Source: Candidatus Parcubacteria bacterium (GTDB lineage: Bacteria > Patescibacteriota > Minisyncoccia > Phycocordibacterales > CAIZLB01). Taken from it: DNA of 44,265 bases. Of the stretch, positions 34,832 through 43,808 are shown piece after piece (positions within the stretch are counted from its first letter, which is position 1; each line of letters opens with the position of its first letter). Position numbers and translations under genes: made by a program. The stretch is from contig JAYSOO010000100.1 of assembly GCA_043722755.1 (NCBI GenBank), forward strand, positions 1 to 44,265, in the 5' to 3' direction. The notes under the pieces were generated by a model. That model saw only the letters and a program-made list of their open reading frames with translations, was not told the origin of the DNA and searched no databases.

Positions 34832-35299
34832 TCACAAAATATGGTTTATAACAATTAAATATTCTGTAAAATTTTGAGTTTTTTTGCGTGAATCAATCCA
34901 TGAGAAATCTACCTTCAATGTTCTACCACTATCAATCAATTCAATGGCATATTTTAACATCAAGACATTTTCCATTGGATTGAATTCCTTGTTTGAATAT
35001 GTATTTTTCATACCATTATTTTCTAATTTTTGGGTTAACACCACATTGCCGTTCTTCGAGATGATTTTTAATTCTTGATTATTTATTTGGACACCTGATT
35101 TATACAAATATTGCTGCAAGATGTTTAAGTTGGCATAAACCTGATTTTTGACATAATAATTTTGATTATTAGTCTGTATTATTTTTTGCAAATGGAATAC
35201 TGATGACATCATGATTAAGAATATAAAGCAAAATATGCTCATATATAGTATTAATTCTATTAATGTTAATCCTCTATTTTTTAAGTTTATTTTAGCCAT
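34832..35299 (-). CDS. prepilin-type N-terminal cleavage/methylation domain protein (pilin-like)
   Basis: 155-aa ORF. RG/LTLIELILYMSIF matches the class III signal peptide pattern. Confidence 0.65.
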   Translation of the reverse strand: MAKINLKNRGLTLIELILYMSIFCFIFLIMMSSVFHLQKIIQTNNQNYYVKNQVYANLNILQQYLYKSGVQINNQELKIISKNGNVVLTQKLENNGMKNTYSNKEFNPMENVLMLKYAIELIDSGRTLKVDFSWIDSRKKTQNFTEYLIVINHIL

Positions 35300-36456
35300 A
35301 GTATATGTGGCTGATTATTGATAAGCATTGCAAATAAAAAACTATCCTCAAAACAATTATATGAGATAACCCTAGATGGTAAATTTATAATTTTAAGAAG
35401 ACTTAAATTTTTTGTAAAAAATTGCAGTTCCTTGTCCTCTGCTGATGAAATTATCAATAGGTTTTGATTGACGGTCTGAATAAAGTCTATGGTTCCGTAG
35501 GCTTTATATTTGTTCAAAAAATGTAAGCCAAAATTCTTAATCTCTAGGAGAAATAATTCGAAGCTAGCAACCGTCCTACCTAAATATATGTAAGGATCTA
35601 AATAATAGACACTCTTACCATTTCCAAGAGAGAGCGGTGCATCGTATGAATACACCAAGGCAAAGTTTTTTTCATACACAAAAAGCTCTGTATCAGATGC
35701 ATTTGCAATATATATCATATCCTGATCTGCAAACACACCGCTCACCTGACCACCTATCTCTTGAGACTTTGTGGGCAACTTTACATCATTGCTAGTTTCA
35801 TCCAATGGTAAAAAAAACAGCTCTCCTCCGCTATTATTTTTCTCAGTACCTATTAGTAAATTTTTATTGTATAAATAAACTTTTTTAGGTAAAGCACCTG
35901 AAGTAGATAACTCATTTATTTTAATAGAACCTAAGGATATTAAAGCATTATTGTCAGGATTTACTTTAAATGTTTTAACATGACTATTGATGCTTGTATT
36001 TAATACATATATAAAATTATCATGTAAAATGGCATCATTAATACCTGGACCAATATCTAAAGATTGCAGCAAATCTAAATTTATCTGATTATCAATAGTG
36101 TTGAAATTAAAAAGAAAAATATCTTTTTCAGTCGTTGAGGCTGAATTGGTAGTGAGAATCATTTTATTTTTATGGAAAATTGAAATACTAGTCACCGGAG
36201 TTGATGTTGAAATATATTTGCTTAAATTTAATACCTGAAGGACAGATGGAATGTTTGGCTGATTTTCATCTATATAACAATATTTATTGCCATAGCTGTG
36301 TATCGTTAATGCGTACGGCTTACTATTAATAATTTTATTTTTTACGTTGATGCTTGATACAAAGTAAAACATAGATGCTAAAACAACCGACAATATGGCC
36401 AGTGATATGATTATTTCTATAAGGCTAAAGCCCATATTTTTGAAATTTTTTTTCAT
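35287..36456 (-). CDS. large pseudopilin-like protein with a beta-propeller-like repeat domain
   Basis: Starts at ATG 36456 in an ATGA overlap with the upstream gene. MKKNFKNMG/FSLIEIIISLAIL is a prepilin signal. Repeated (I/Y)Y(V/I)(L/A)N-type strands follow. Confidence 0.55.
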   Translation of the reverse strand: MKKNFKNMGFSLIEIIISLAILSVVLASMFYFVSSINVKNKIINSKPYALTIHSYGNKYCYIDENQPNIPSVLQVLNLSKYISTSTPVTSISIFHKNKMILTTNSASTTEKDIFLFNFNTIDNQINLDLLQSLDIGPGINDAILHDNFIYVLNTSINSHVKTFKVNPDNNALISLGSIKINELSTSGALPKKVYLYNKNLLIGTEKNNSGGELFFLPLDETSNDVKLPTKSQEIGGQVSGVFADQDMIYIANASDTELFVYEKNFALVYSYDAPLSLGNGKSVYYLDPYIYLGRTVASFELFLLEIKNFGLHFLNKYKAYGTIDFIQTVNQNLLIISSAEDKELQFFTKNLSLLKIINLPSRVISYNCFEDSFLFAMLINNQPHILWLK

Positions 36457-37502
36457 TGCAGTGATTCTGTTAGTTGATACATGGGCAATATGATGGATAT
36501 ACAAATAATTAAAACAACAATTCCAACAATGATTATAAGAACAGGCTCAATTACCCTCTGAAACCTTTCAAAAGCATTAAATAAATTTTCTTTTATATTT
36601 ATATGGCAAATTTCAAAAACTTCGGCAAACTTGCCTGTTTTTTCGCCGGAATCAATAATAGATTCCCAGTCTTTAATTTTATTGTATGCGTTTTTATCTA
36701 ATAATTTTAAAGATTGCGCGCAACCATTTCCCTTGTTTACTGATATGTATATTTTTTCAAATTGGCATCTCAAGTCACTATCATTGATAGATTGAAATGC
36801 GAACAAAAGAGCCTGTGAAATTGCAATACTTGAGCAAGTAGACATATGCACGATCTTTAACCATTTTTCCATATGCCAATAAAAATATATGTCTTTTATG
36901 TATACTACTTTTGATAATAAAAATTTCCTTATTTTATGCATCATGCCGGAGACAAAAATATTATTTTTAAAATAAATACATGCAACAGAAAGGGCAAATA
37001 TGGAAATTAAATCTATGTGCCAATAATTTAGCAAATGCTCACTTAAGAACATGATAACTTTCGTGGTTATTGGCAAAGTTTTCAAGTCTTTGAATAAAGG
37101 TGAGATTTTTGGAATAATGATTAACAAGATCAAAAGTAGTAGAGAGAATGTCATAAATAGAACAAGGGCTGGGTAAATGAAGGCATTGATCATTTTTTGC
37201 TTTTGAAGATGTTGGTCTTTTAATAGATCACTGAGTGATAGAAAAACATTGTCTATATTACCCGTCTGCTCAGCCACTTTAATAAAAGATATTTCTGTAT
37301 TTGAAAAATATGTATTTAAGTCAGTGTTGGATAAAACGTCAGACAGCTTCAAACCGCTCTCAACCTCTTGGCTGATTTGCATTGTTTCCTGACAATTACT
37401 TGCTATTTTTGTTGAGCTTGATAGCGACTGTCCGGACTTTAAATAAAAATAATTTTTCTTATACCAAAGCGACCTGTATTGTAAATTTTTAATTTTAATC
37501 AT
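36453..37502 (-). CDS. type II secretion system F / PilC-family platform protein
   Basis: 349-aa polytopic ORF with two GspF-like helical regions. ATGA overlaps with both flanking genes. Confidence 0.75.
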   Translation of the reverse strand: MIKIKNLQYRSLWYKKNYFYLKSGQSLSSSTKIASNCQETMQISQEVESGLKLSDVLSNTDLNTYFSNTEISFIKVAEQTGNIDNVFLSLSDLLKDQHLQKQKMINAFIYPALVLFMTFSLLLLILLIIIPKISPLFKDLKTLPITTKVIMFLSEHLLNYWHIDLISIFALSVACIYFKNNIFVSGMMHKIRKFLLSKVVYIKDIYFYWHMEKWLKIVHMSTCSSIAISQALLFAFQSINDSDLRCQFEKIYISVNKGNGCAQSLKLLDKNAYNKIKDWESIIDSGEKTGKFAEVFEICHINIKENLFNAFERFQRVIEPVLIIIVGIVVLIICISIILPMYQLTESLQ

Positions 37503-38590
37503 AATTGTAAATCTATTGATATTCTATTAATCTCCTCCTCTGTCGTGATATGTCGACTATACATATCCGAACAAGCATCACGAAGTAATGTGTGACCTGC
37601 TGTGGTTAAGTATTGTTCTATCTCGTATGGGGTTTTTCTCTTATTTATCATATCCCTGATCTCGCTATCAATTGGCACGATTTCAAAAATCCCTTTGCGA
37701 TGACCATATAACCCAATATCATAATCAAACACACGTATAAGCCTTTGACTTAGAATAAGTGTAATAGAAGAAGACAGTAGATATGGCTCAACACCTATCT
37801 CAATAAGTCTTGGAATAATAGAAGCAGCGTTGGGAGCATGAATAGTAGTCAACACTAAGTGCCCCGTCAATGCTGTTTGAATGGCAGCAAGCGCCGTTTC
37901 TTTGTCACGAATCTCACCTATCATAATAATGTCCGGATCTTGTCTTAAAATTCCGCGAAGCGCTTCTTTAAAACCAAAATCTTTATCATTGTTAACCTGA
38001 ATTTGACGTATGCCTTTTATAGCAGACTCTACAGGATCTTCTATAGTTACTATGTTCTTATTGTGCTTACCGTGATTTAAGTATTTTAAACTTGTGTACA
38101 GCGTGCTGGTCTTACCTGACCCTGTAGGTCCAGCTACGATAATAAGACCGGAGCTTTTCTTAAGAGACTCTTTGTAAATTTTTATTTGACTTTCAGACAT
38201 ACCGAGTTCCATAAAACTTTTGTATTTATCGTTATCAGGTCGGAGCAATCTCATGACACAATTCTCGCCATAAAAGGTCGGGGCTATGGAAACACGTATA
38301 TCCACCCTTTCATTTACAGCTTCAGATACAAAATAAAATCTTCCGTCCTGTGCCTTATCATGAATGTCAGATCTTAAGTTTGCCAATACCTTTATCTTGC
38401 CAATGCATAAACCAAGAAGATCCGTATCAAAATATCCACTCTCGTGAAGATTTCCATTAATGCGCATTCGAATATACACCTGATTCTCTCTCGGATCAAT
38501 ATGAATGTCTGACGCATTCAAACTAATAGCCTTCTCTATCAGAGAAGATATAAATATATGTATGTCGTTTTGATATATGTTTTTTTCCAC
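37499..38590 (-). CDS. GspE/PilB/PilT-family secretion ATPase
   Basis: 363-aa ORF with a GTG start. Walker A GPTGSGKTS, Asp box, Walker B (IIMIGEIRD) and His box (TGHLVLTTIHA). Confidence 0.9.
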   Translation of the reverse strand: MEKNIYQNDIHIFISSLIEKAISLNASDIHIDPRENQVYIRMRINGNLHESGYFDTDLLGLCIGKIKVLANLRSDIHDKAQDGRFYFVSEAVNERVDIRVSIAPTFYGENCVMRLLRPDNDKYKSFMELGMSESQIKIYKESLKKSSGLIIVAGPTGSGKTSTLYTSLKYLNHGKHNKNIVTIEDPVESAIKGIRQIQVNNDKDFGFKEALRGILRQDPDIIMIGEIRDKETALAAIQTALTGHLVLTTIHAPNAASIIPRLIEIGVEPYLLSSSITLILSQRLIRVFDYDIGLYGHRKGIFEIVPIDSEIRDMINKRKTPYEIEQYLTTAGHTLLRDACSDMYSRHITTEEEINRISIDLQL

Positions 38591-38674
38591 ATACCAATTA
38601 AAACATTTTGCATATGTAGTATATTAAAAGAAAAGATAAAGTTTTGATGAAGATTAGATAAAGTTTATTGAAAG

Positions 38675-38704
38675 AAAACTAAAAGCACCCCGAAGGATGC
38701 TTTT
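38675..38704 (-). terminator. terminator about 105 nt downstream of DUF3800 copy 3
   Basis: On the minus strand: GCATCC-TTCG-GGGTGC (UUCG loop, one G:U pair) followed by TTTTAGTTTT. Confidence 0.6.
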
Positions 38705-38808
38705 AACCGAGCCATTGGACGGTACAGCCTATACTGTACTTGAGGACTCGTATATTTGTCGAGCGTTTTTAACTAGTATAAAACCAATGGACTTACCATA
38801 TATATATG

Positions 38809-39480
38809 TTATTCCTTTTCGTTTTCCTTGTCAACGTTTAAAGGAAAAATTACTGATTTAACAATCTTATTCGAAAAATAACAATAAAAATAGTCTTTAT
38901 TGTAATTATGCTTAGCATAGATAGCATTCGCAAACATATCGACAGCTTGTAAATTTTTATGTTTTCGAGAATTTTCATACCTAACGTATATTTGTTTATT
39001 GTAGAGCGAATATTTTAACAATTCGGTGCGTAAATAATCTTCAAGAGATTTTTCTGATGTTATTTTTACATTCCTTTCATCTATGGTTACATATACATTT
39101 AACACATCTGTTTTCATTAGCAATGGATGCATCATTAATTGAACCATATAATTAAAACAAATATCTTTATTTTTAAATAATTCAGGATGCACATTATCTT
39201 TGTCTACGATTAAATAGTAGATATTAAAATCAATTGGATCTACATACGTAAAAAAGAATTTCTTATCATTAAAAGCCATTTGATTTGAGTGCAATTCTTT
39301 ATCCTTACCTGTTTTAGATTTTTCTTTTATAATATATTTAACCATGCTAGCAAACTTTTTTCCTTGAAAATCATCAAGCATTAAAGCACATATGACAAAA
39401 TATCGACCATTCTTTCCAATGTCCATTGTTCCCGACTCGTCTATGTAGATGTATAATTCGTTTTTGTCCACGTAGGACAA
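38809..39480 (-). CDS. DUF3800-family protein (copy 3, divergent)
   Basis: 223-aa ORF with LYIYIDESGTMD near the N-terminus. It has a TTG start as drawn, so the exact start is uncertain. Lies directly downstream of the Type III res gene. Confidence 0.6.
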   Translation of the reverse strand: MSYVDKNELYIYIDESGTMDIGKNGRYFVICALMLDDFQGKKFASMVKYIIKEKSKTGKDKELHSNQMAFNDKKFFFTYVDPIDFNIYYLIVDKDNVHPELFKNKDICFNYMVQLMMHPLLMKTDVLNVYVTIDERNVKITSEKSLEDYLRTELLKYSLYNKQIYVRYENSRKHKNLQAVDMFANAIYAKHNYNKDYFYCYFSNKIVKSVIFPLNVDKENEKE

Positions 39481-39547
39481 TTAGAGCATTTTGGGGTTGA
39501 AGTTTTTTTGAGAGAAAGGATAGAGTTTTGCTGAAGTTTTCATGAAG

Positions 39548-41818
39548 TTATAATTCTAACTTTTTCCATGTTTTACTATCTCCCATTTGCCATTCCTTAT
39601 CTTTATATATAACAATACCGCCAAAAACATTTTTATTCTTTTTTATGTAATCATGCAATGCTTCAGATTTTGCTTTTGTAAATGTATGAACATCTCTATC
39701 TGATTCATCTTTTGTTTCGAATATACCGATTTTTCCATCTTTAAATTGAACAATGTAATCAGGATAAAAAGTATGGACAGGATCTTTTCCGTCCTTATTA
39801 TCGAATTCGTAGCGAATACCGAAGTAATCATCTCTGTTAACACCATTTTTGTACCACCAAGAAATCATATTCGATCCATCGAGTACTTTTTCGAATTCTT
39901 TTTCTGGGTTTGAACGGTTTCTGTCTAAATAACATGGGTTTAATATATATCTTTTGTAATCAATCACCTCCGTAACTTGAGAGTTGAAATAATCCTTGGA
40001 TGGAATCTCAAACACAGAAGGATGCTCGGTATCTTCTTTTGCTTTTTGTTTTTTAACTATTGAATACTCGTTAACTGCCCGAATAAATATTGGTTCAATC
40101 TTAGATTTATTTAAAATAAGTATAGCCTGAGTGGATAGGAAATAATCTTTTGTAACATCAGGACCAAAAATGTTTTGACACATAATAAGCCAAGCGACAT
40201 TCATAGACGGAACAGATCTAGCCACGTTCGTAAAGGGTACCATCATATACCTAAACAAACCCTTTGCAGTAAGTTCGATTTGTCTATCACTTACATTTAG
40301 AGTCTCATAATCATCTTCTTCAAGGGGTGTATTGTATTTATCTATCACACTTATTTCAACAAAAATATCAGATATAACTTTATGATAAATATCCCCCCTT
40401 TCAAATTTCCAACCTACTTTGCTGAGTTTATCTATATTTTTTGTATGATCCCCCGCCTTTAAATCAAGTTCTTTCAAAAATTGATTTAACAATACCGGTT
40501 TAAAATCTGACTTAATATCTTGATAATCTGCACGCTCTTTGTAAAAGGAATTAAGGTGTATTGGTTTATAGGCATCCTTTCTAACTGCCAACTGATCACC
40601 TAATATCTTTGGATTATAATTTTCAATATCAAATGATACATCATCCGAGTTAACATATACATAGGCTTTATTTAAAGACTCTACTTCATAATGTTTCTGT
40701 TCTGGTGTTCTCAATATTCTACCTAGAACCTGTATTTCAAACACTTCACTTTGTATCTCTCTAAACTTTAACAACACTTGTGCCCGAGGACAATCCCATC
40801 CTACTGCGATAGCTTGTTTAAATATCAAAAACTCTTGTATTCCATCATTTTTACTTATATTTTCTATATTTCTCTCCTTTACATCCTTTTCATGTAACCA
40901 AATAGCAAGTCGTTCATCATCTTGATCAATTCCTTTTTCCTTTTTTAAAAAATCTAAAACTACCTCCTTAATAGACTCCCCATCTCCACTATTTGGTAAC
41001 TGTATAAGTAGTAGAGGATTAACGTCTATGCCATTTTCCTTATAAAGTTTTGCAAGCTCATCCCTCTTGTGAACAGCGGTTCGTAAAACAGTCTGGTCAC
41101 TGTCATCTTTTTTCAATAACACAAAACCAGCATTTACCAATATCTGATCTTTAATCATCTCTTCGTCAATAACATCCTGTGCTTCTATTTCTTCTTTGTA
41201 GAATTCAGTTGCATCATTGATGTTAACTTTAGGTGTGGCGGAAACCTCTATAACTACATTTGGATTTATCAAATCAATAATCTCGCCACTACGTAGTGAA
41301 TCTGTGTGACTTTGAGACTCATCTATAATTAATATTATTTTTCTATTGATAGAGTTGGTATTATCTAGCATTTCCCTAAAATTTACATGATCACCGTCTT
41401 TCATTACGATGTTTTTCCATTCTTGAGTTTTATTATCCTTAGACCGTATCTTATTCCAGCTCGAAACCAAAACTGAATCTTTTGAAAGTTCATATCGTGC
41501 CGTACCAAAAACATCTTCAATGCTTTCTATTTTTACATTTTCACCAATATTTTTTTGCAATGATCTTTTACTTTGATTATGTAGATCCCCTGTTCCAATA
41601 GATAACCACAAAAAAGTAAAATCAATATTTTTACTCTCTTTATTTTCTTTTATCAAACTCTCTATAATTCCAGCCATCATGACTGTTTTACCTGACCCTG
41701 TTGGAGCTTTGAAAGTTATAACTCTTTTTTTATCATCTTTATAAGATAAAAAAGAATTGGCTTTATTTTTTATATTCGCAACAGCTTTTTGTTGATATTC
41801 TTTAAGTGTAAATTTCAT
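39548..41818 (-). CDS. res: Type III restriction enzyme, Res subunit (SF2 helicase plus PD-(D/E)xK nuclease)
   Basis: 756-aa ORF. Motif I KAPTGSGKTVMM, motif II LIIDESQSH and a C-terminal PDYIV...ETKDE nuclease-like motif. Lies 6 nt downstream of mod. Confidence 0.85.
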   Translation of the reverse strand: MKFTLKEYQQKAVANIKNKANSFLSYKDDKKRVITFKAPTGSGKTVMMAGIIESLIKENKESKNIDFTFLWLSIGTGDLHNQSKRSLQKNIGENVKIESIEDVFGTARYELSKDSVLVSSWNKIRSKDNKTQEWKNIVMKDGDHVNFREMLDNTNSINRKIILIIDESQSHTDSLRSGEIIDLINPNVVIEVSATPKVNINDATEFYKEEIEAQDVIDEEMIKDQILVNAGFVLLKKDDSDQTVLRTAVHKRDELAKLYKENGIDVNPLLLIQLPNSGDGESIKEVVLDFLKKEKGIDQDDERLAIWLHEKDVKERNIENISKNDGIQEFLIFKQAIAVGWDCPRAQVLLKFREIQSEVFEIQVLGRILRTPEQKHYEVESLNKAYVYVNSDDVSFDIENYNPKILGDQLAVRKDAYKPIHLNSFYKERADYQDIKSDFKPVLLNQFLKELDLKAGDHTKNIDKLSKVGWKFERGDIYHKVISDIFVEISVIDKYNTPLEEDDYETLNVSDRQIELTAKGLFRYMMVPFTNVARSVPSMNVAWLIMCQNIFGPDVTKDYFLSTQAILILNKSKIEPIFIRAVNEYSIVKKQKAKEDTEHPSVFEIPSKDYFNSQVTEVIDYKRYILNPCYLDRNRSNPEKEFEKVLDGSNMISWWYKNGVNRDDYFGIRYEFDNKDGKDPVHTFYPDYIVQFKDGKIGIFETKDESDRDVHTFTKAKSEALHDYIKKNKNVFGGIVIYKDKEWQMGDSKTWKKLEL

Positions 41819-41824
41819 ATAGTT

Positions 41825-43510
41825 TTATTTAATACTTGGCATTTCTTCTATGTTTATATTTTTCCAATCTTTCAATTTTTCTATTGTTTCTTTTGGATTT
41901 GTAAGTGAGAATATATAGGCTGATTTTGTACCCACAAATTTTTCTAAATCTTTGTACATGTTTTCTAGATCCACATCATCTATGCCGTAATATATGGCTG
42001 TACTGTGAGCTAAGTTATTCATAATCTTATACGATGGTTTTGTAACATTAATATCAAAAATACCTTCCTTTAAAGAAATCAAATCAGTAGAATTTTTAGA
42101 TAGATTAAATTTCATATTATCTTCATGTTTTATTCTGTCAATAAAATCGCATTTTAAATATTCTAAATTCCCACCCAAACATTCTACCTTTTCTCCTTTT
42201 TTATTTTTATATCCATTCATTACCCTTTTTAATCTTTCATAGGTAATTTTTTCTGCGATCTTGTGTTCACTTTTTTCATCCCCATTATTTGTAACTAGAA
42301 TGAATTGGCGATTACCACCATCTTCTTTATTGAGTTCGAGTACCGCGTGTCCTGTGGTCCCAGAACCCGCGAAGAAATCGAGGATGAGAGCATTTTTATT
42401 ACTAGACATTTCACACAAAGTTTTTATCAACTCAACAGGTTTTGCATTATTAAAATCTCTAACATCTAAATCTTTAATTATTTTTGTCCCATTTGTATTC
42501 GAGTAAATATTTTCAATAAAGGTTAACTGCGAGTAATTTTTAACTCTGTCATCATAATTTATATAATATCCGTTATTATTTTTTTCTATACTTGCTAGTA
42601 AATATTTTTTAGGCCAGACTCTATCATTTTTAAATTCAACAAAATCATTTTTTAAAGCAAACTCAAATTTATCCTTTGACCATGTCCATCTATATCCATT
42701 ATTTTCAGGTATACCGCCAGGATAATACAGAATATCGTTGTGTTTAATTGGGTAATCTAATGAACTTACATAACCTAAACTTATTGTATCTAGAGCTTGT
42801 TTTGTATGATAAAATCCTCTTTTTTCAAAATGAACATCTGAATACTTAAATGCCTTATCACCTTGAACTAAAATTTTATTAAAACCAGATAAGTCTATTT
42901 TTTTTGAATATGCTAACAAGTAGTCCATATTACTAGTACTGTGTGTACTTTGAGTTTTTCCTCCTTTTACTGTCAATCTAGGAAAAAAACTAATAAAATT
43001 ATCATTACCAAACACACCATCACACAACAATTTCAACTGCGCCTGTTCATTATCATCTATAGATATAAAAATAACTCCAGTATCTTTTAATAATTCTTTT
43101 GCCAGTTTCAATCTTCTTTCCATAAACGACAGCCACTTACTATGGCGATAGCCATCCTCACCATCAACAAAATTATCATTGTAAATAAAATCCTTATTCC
43201 CAGTATTATAAGGTGGATCAATATATATTACATCCACCTTGCCCTTATGCGTATAATTCAAAATCTGAAGTGCATGATAATTATCCCCTTCTATTAAAAC
43301 ATTCACTGGACCACCCTTATTATTCCTAATACTTCTTTCTTTTATATTTTTTAAAATAGGATATTTGTTCTCACACTCCAAAACAACATCTTCATCTTTA
43401 TCTTCCCACACTAAACCGTATTTTGTTTTTCTTTTTAACTTTTCTTCCAGCTCTTTTATACGAGAAAAAAGCTCTTCTTTATTTAAATCTTCTAATGACA
43501 TAGGCGACAT
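41825..43510 (-). CDS. mod: Type III DNA methyltransferase, Mod subunit (beta-class N6A/N4C)
   Basis: 561-aa ORF. Motif IV IDPPYNTG precedes motif I LDFFAGSGTTGHA. Confidence 0.9.
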   Translation of the reverse strand: MSPMSLEDLNKEELFSRIKELEEKLKRKTKYGLVWEDKDEDVVLECENKYPILKNIKERSIRNNKGGPVNVLIEGDNYHALQILNYTHKGKVDVIYIDPPYNTGNKDFIYNDNFVDGEDGYRHSKWLSFMERRLKLAKELLKDTGVIFISIDDNEQAQLKLLCDGVFGNDNFISFFPRLTVKGGKTQSTHSTSNMDYLLAYSKKIDLSGFNKILVQGDKAFKYSDVHFEKRGFYHTKQALDTISLGYVSSLDYPIKHNDILYYPGGIPENNGYRWTWSKDKFEFALKNDFVEFKNDRVWPKKYLLASIEKNNNGYYINYDDRVKNYSQLTFIENIYSNTNGTKIIKDLDVRDFNNAKPVELIKTLCEMSSNKNALILDFFAGSGTTGHAVLELNKEDGGNRQFILVTNNGDEKSEHKIAEKITYERLKRVMNGYKNKKGEKVECLGGNLEYLKCDFIDRIKHEDNMKFNLSKNSTDLISLKEGIFDINVTKPSYKIMNNLAHSTAIYYGIDDVDLENMYKDLEKFVGTKSAYIFSLTNPKETIEKLKDWKNINIEEMPSIK

Positions 43511-43555
43511 CTATGTTCATCGAGCTCCACTTATATTAATTATTAAACGACAAAA

Positions 43556-43685
43556 AGGGATACCCGATGGTCGCCACAATCATACAAGCGCAATGCCTGC
43601 AATCATGTGCATCGAGGTACCCCTCTACATGCGTGATTACTGGCATCCACTTTAAATGGTTTGCTTCTTATATGATTATGGCGAC
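43556..43685 (-). ncRNA. candidate structured leader or ncRNA upstream of the Type III mod gene
   Basis: Extended -10 TGCTATACT on the minus strand (43692-43700). A 15-bp closing helix joins 43685-43671 with 43584-43570; one G:T pair is valid only on the minus strand. Inner hairpin at 43601-43638. GGG-TAT-CCC plus T5 at 43565-43552. Confidence 0.4.
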
Positions 43686-43723
43686 ATGGCTAGTATAGCA
43701 TAACAGGTTGATCATTTACAGAT

Positions 43724-43751
43724 TTGACAGATCTGTTCCTTTTGCTATAAT
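43724..43751 (+). promoter_or_regulatory. promoter of the candidate sRNA (MazF-like copy 2)
   Basis: TTGACA, a 16-nt spacer ending TGC, then TATAAT. Confidence 0.6.
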
Positions 43752-43757
43752 ATAAGC

Positions 43758-43808
43758 ACAAATGGGTTATCCCGGACATCCGAGCTTTTCAGCTCGGATT
43801 TAATTTTT
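43758..43808 (+). ncRNA. candidate sRNA convergent with MazF-like copy 2
   Basis: Driven by promoter 43724-43751. Its 5' end ATAAGCAC matches copy 1 (ATAAAGCAC). Hairpins GGG-TTAT-CCC and ATCCGAGC/GCTCGGAT (43778-43799), then a T-rich tail reaching the toxin stop codon. Confidence 0.5.

Noticed and set aside
43762-43803. 13-codon ORF (MGYPGHPSFSARI) inside candidate sRNA copy 2, 10 nt after the -10 element.
   Set aside because: There is no equivalent ORF in the paralogous sRNA at 29114..29172. What the two copies share is RNA hairpins, not peptide sequence.
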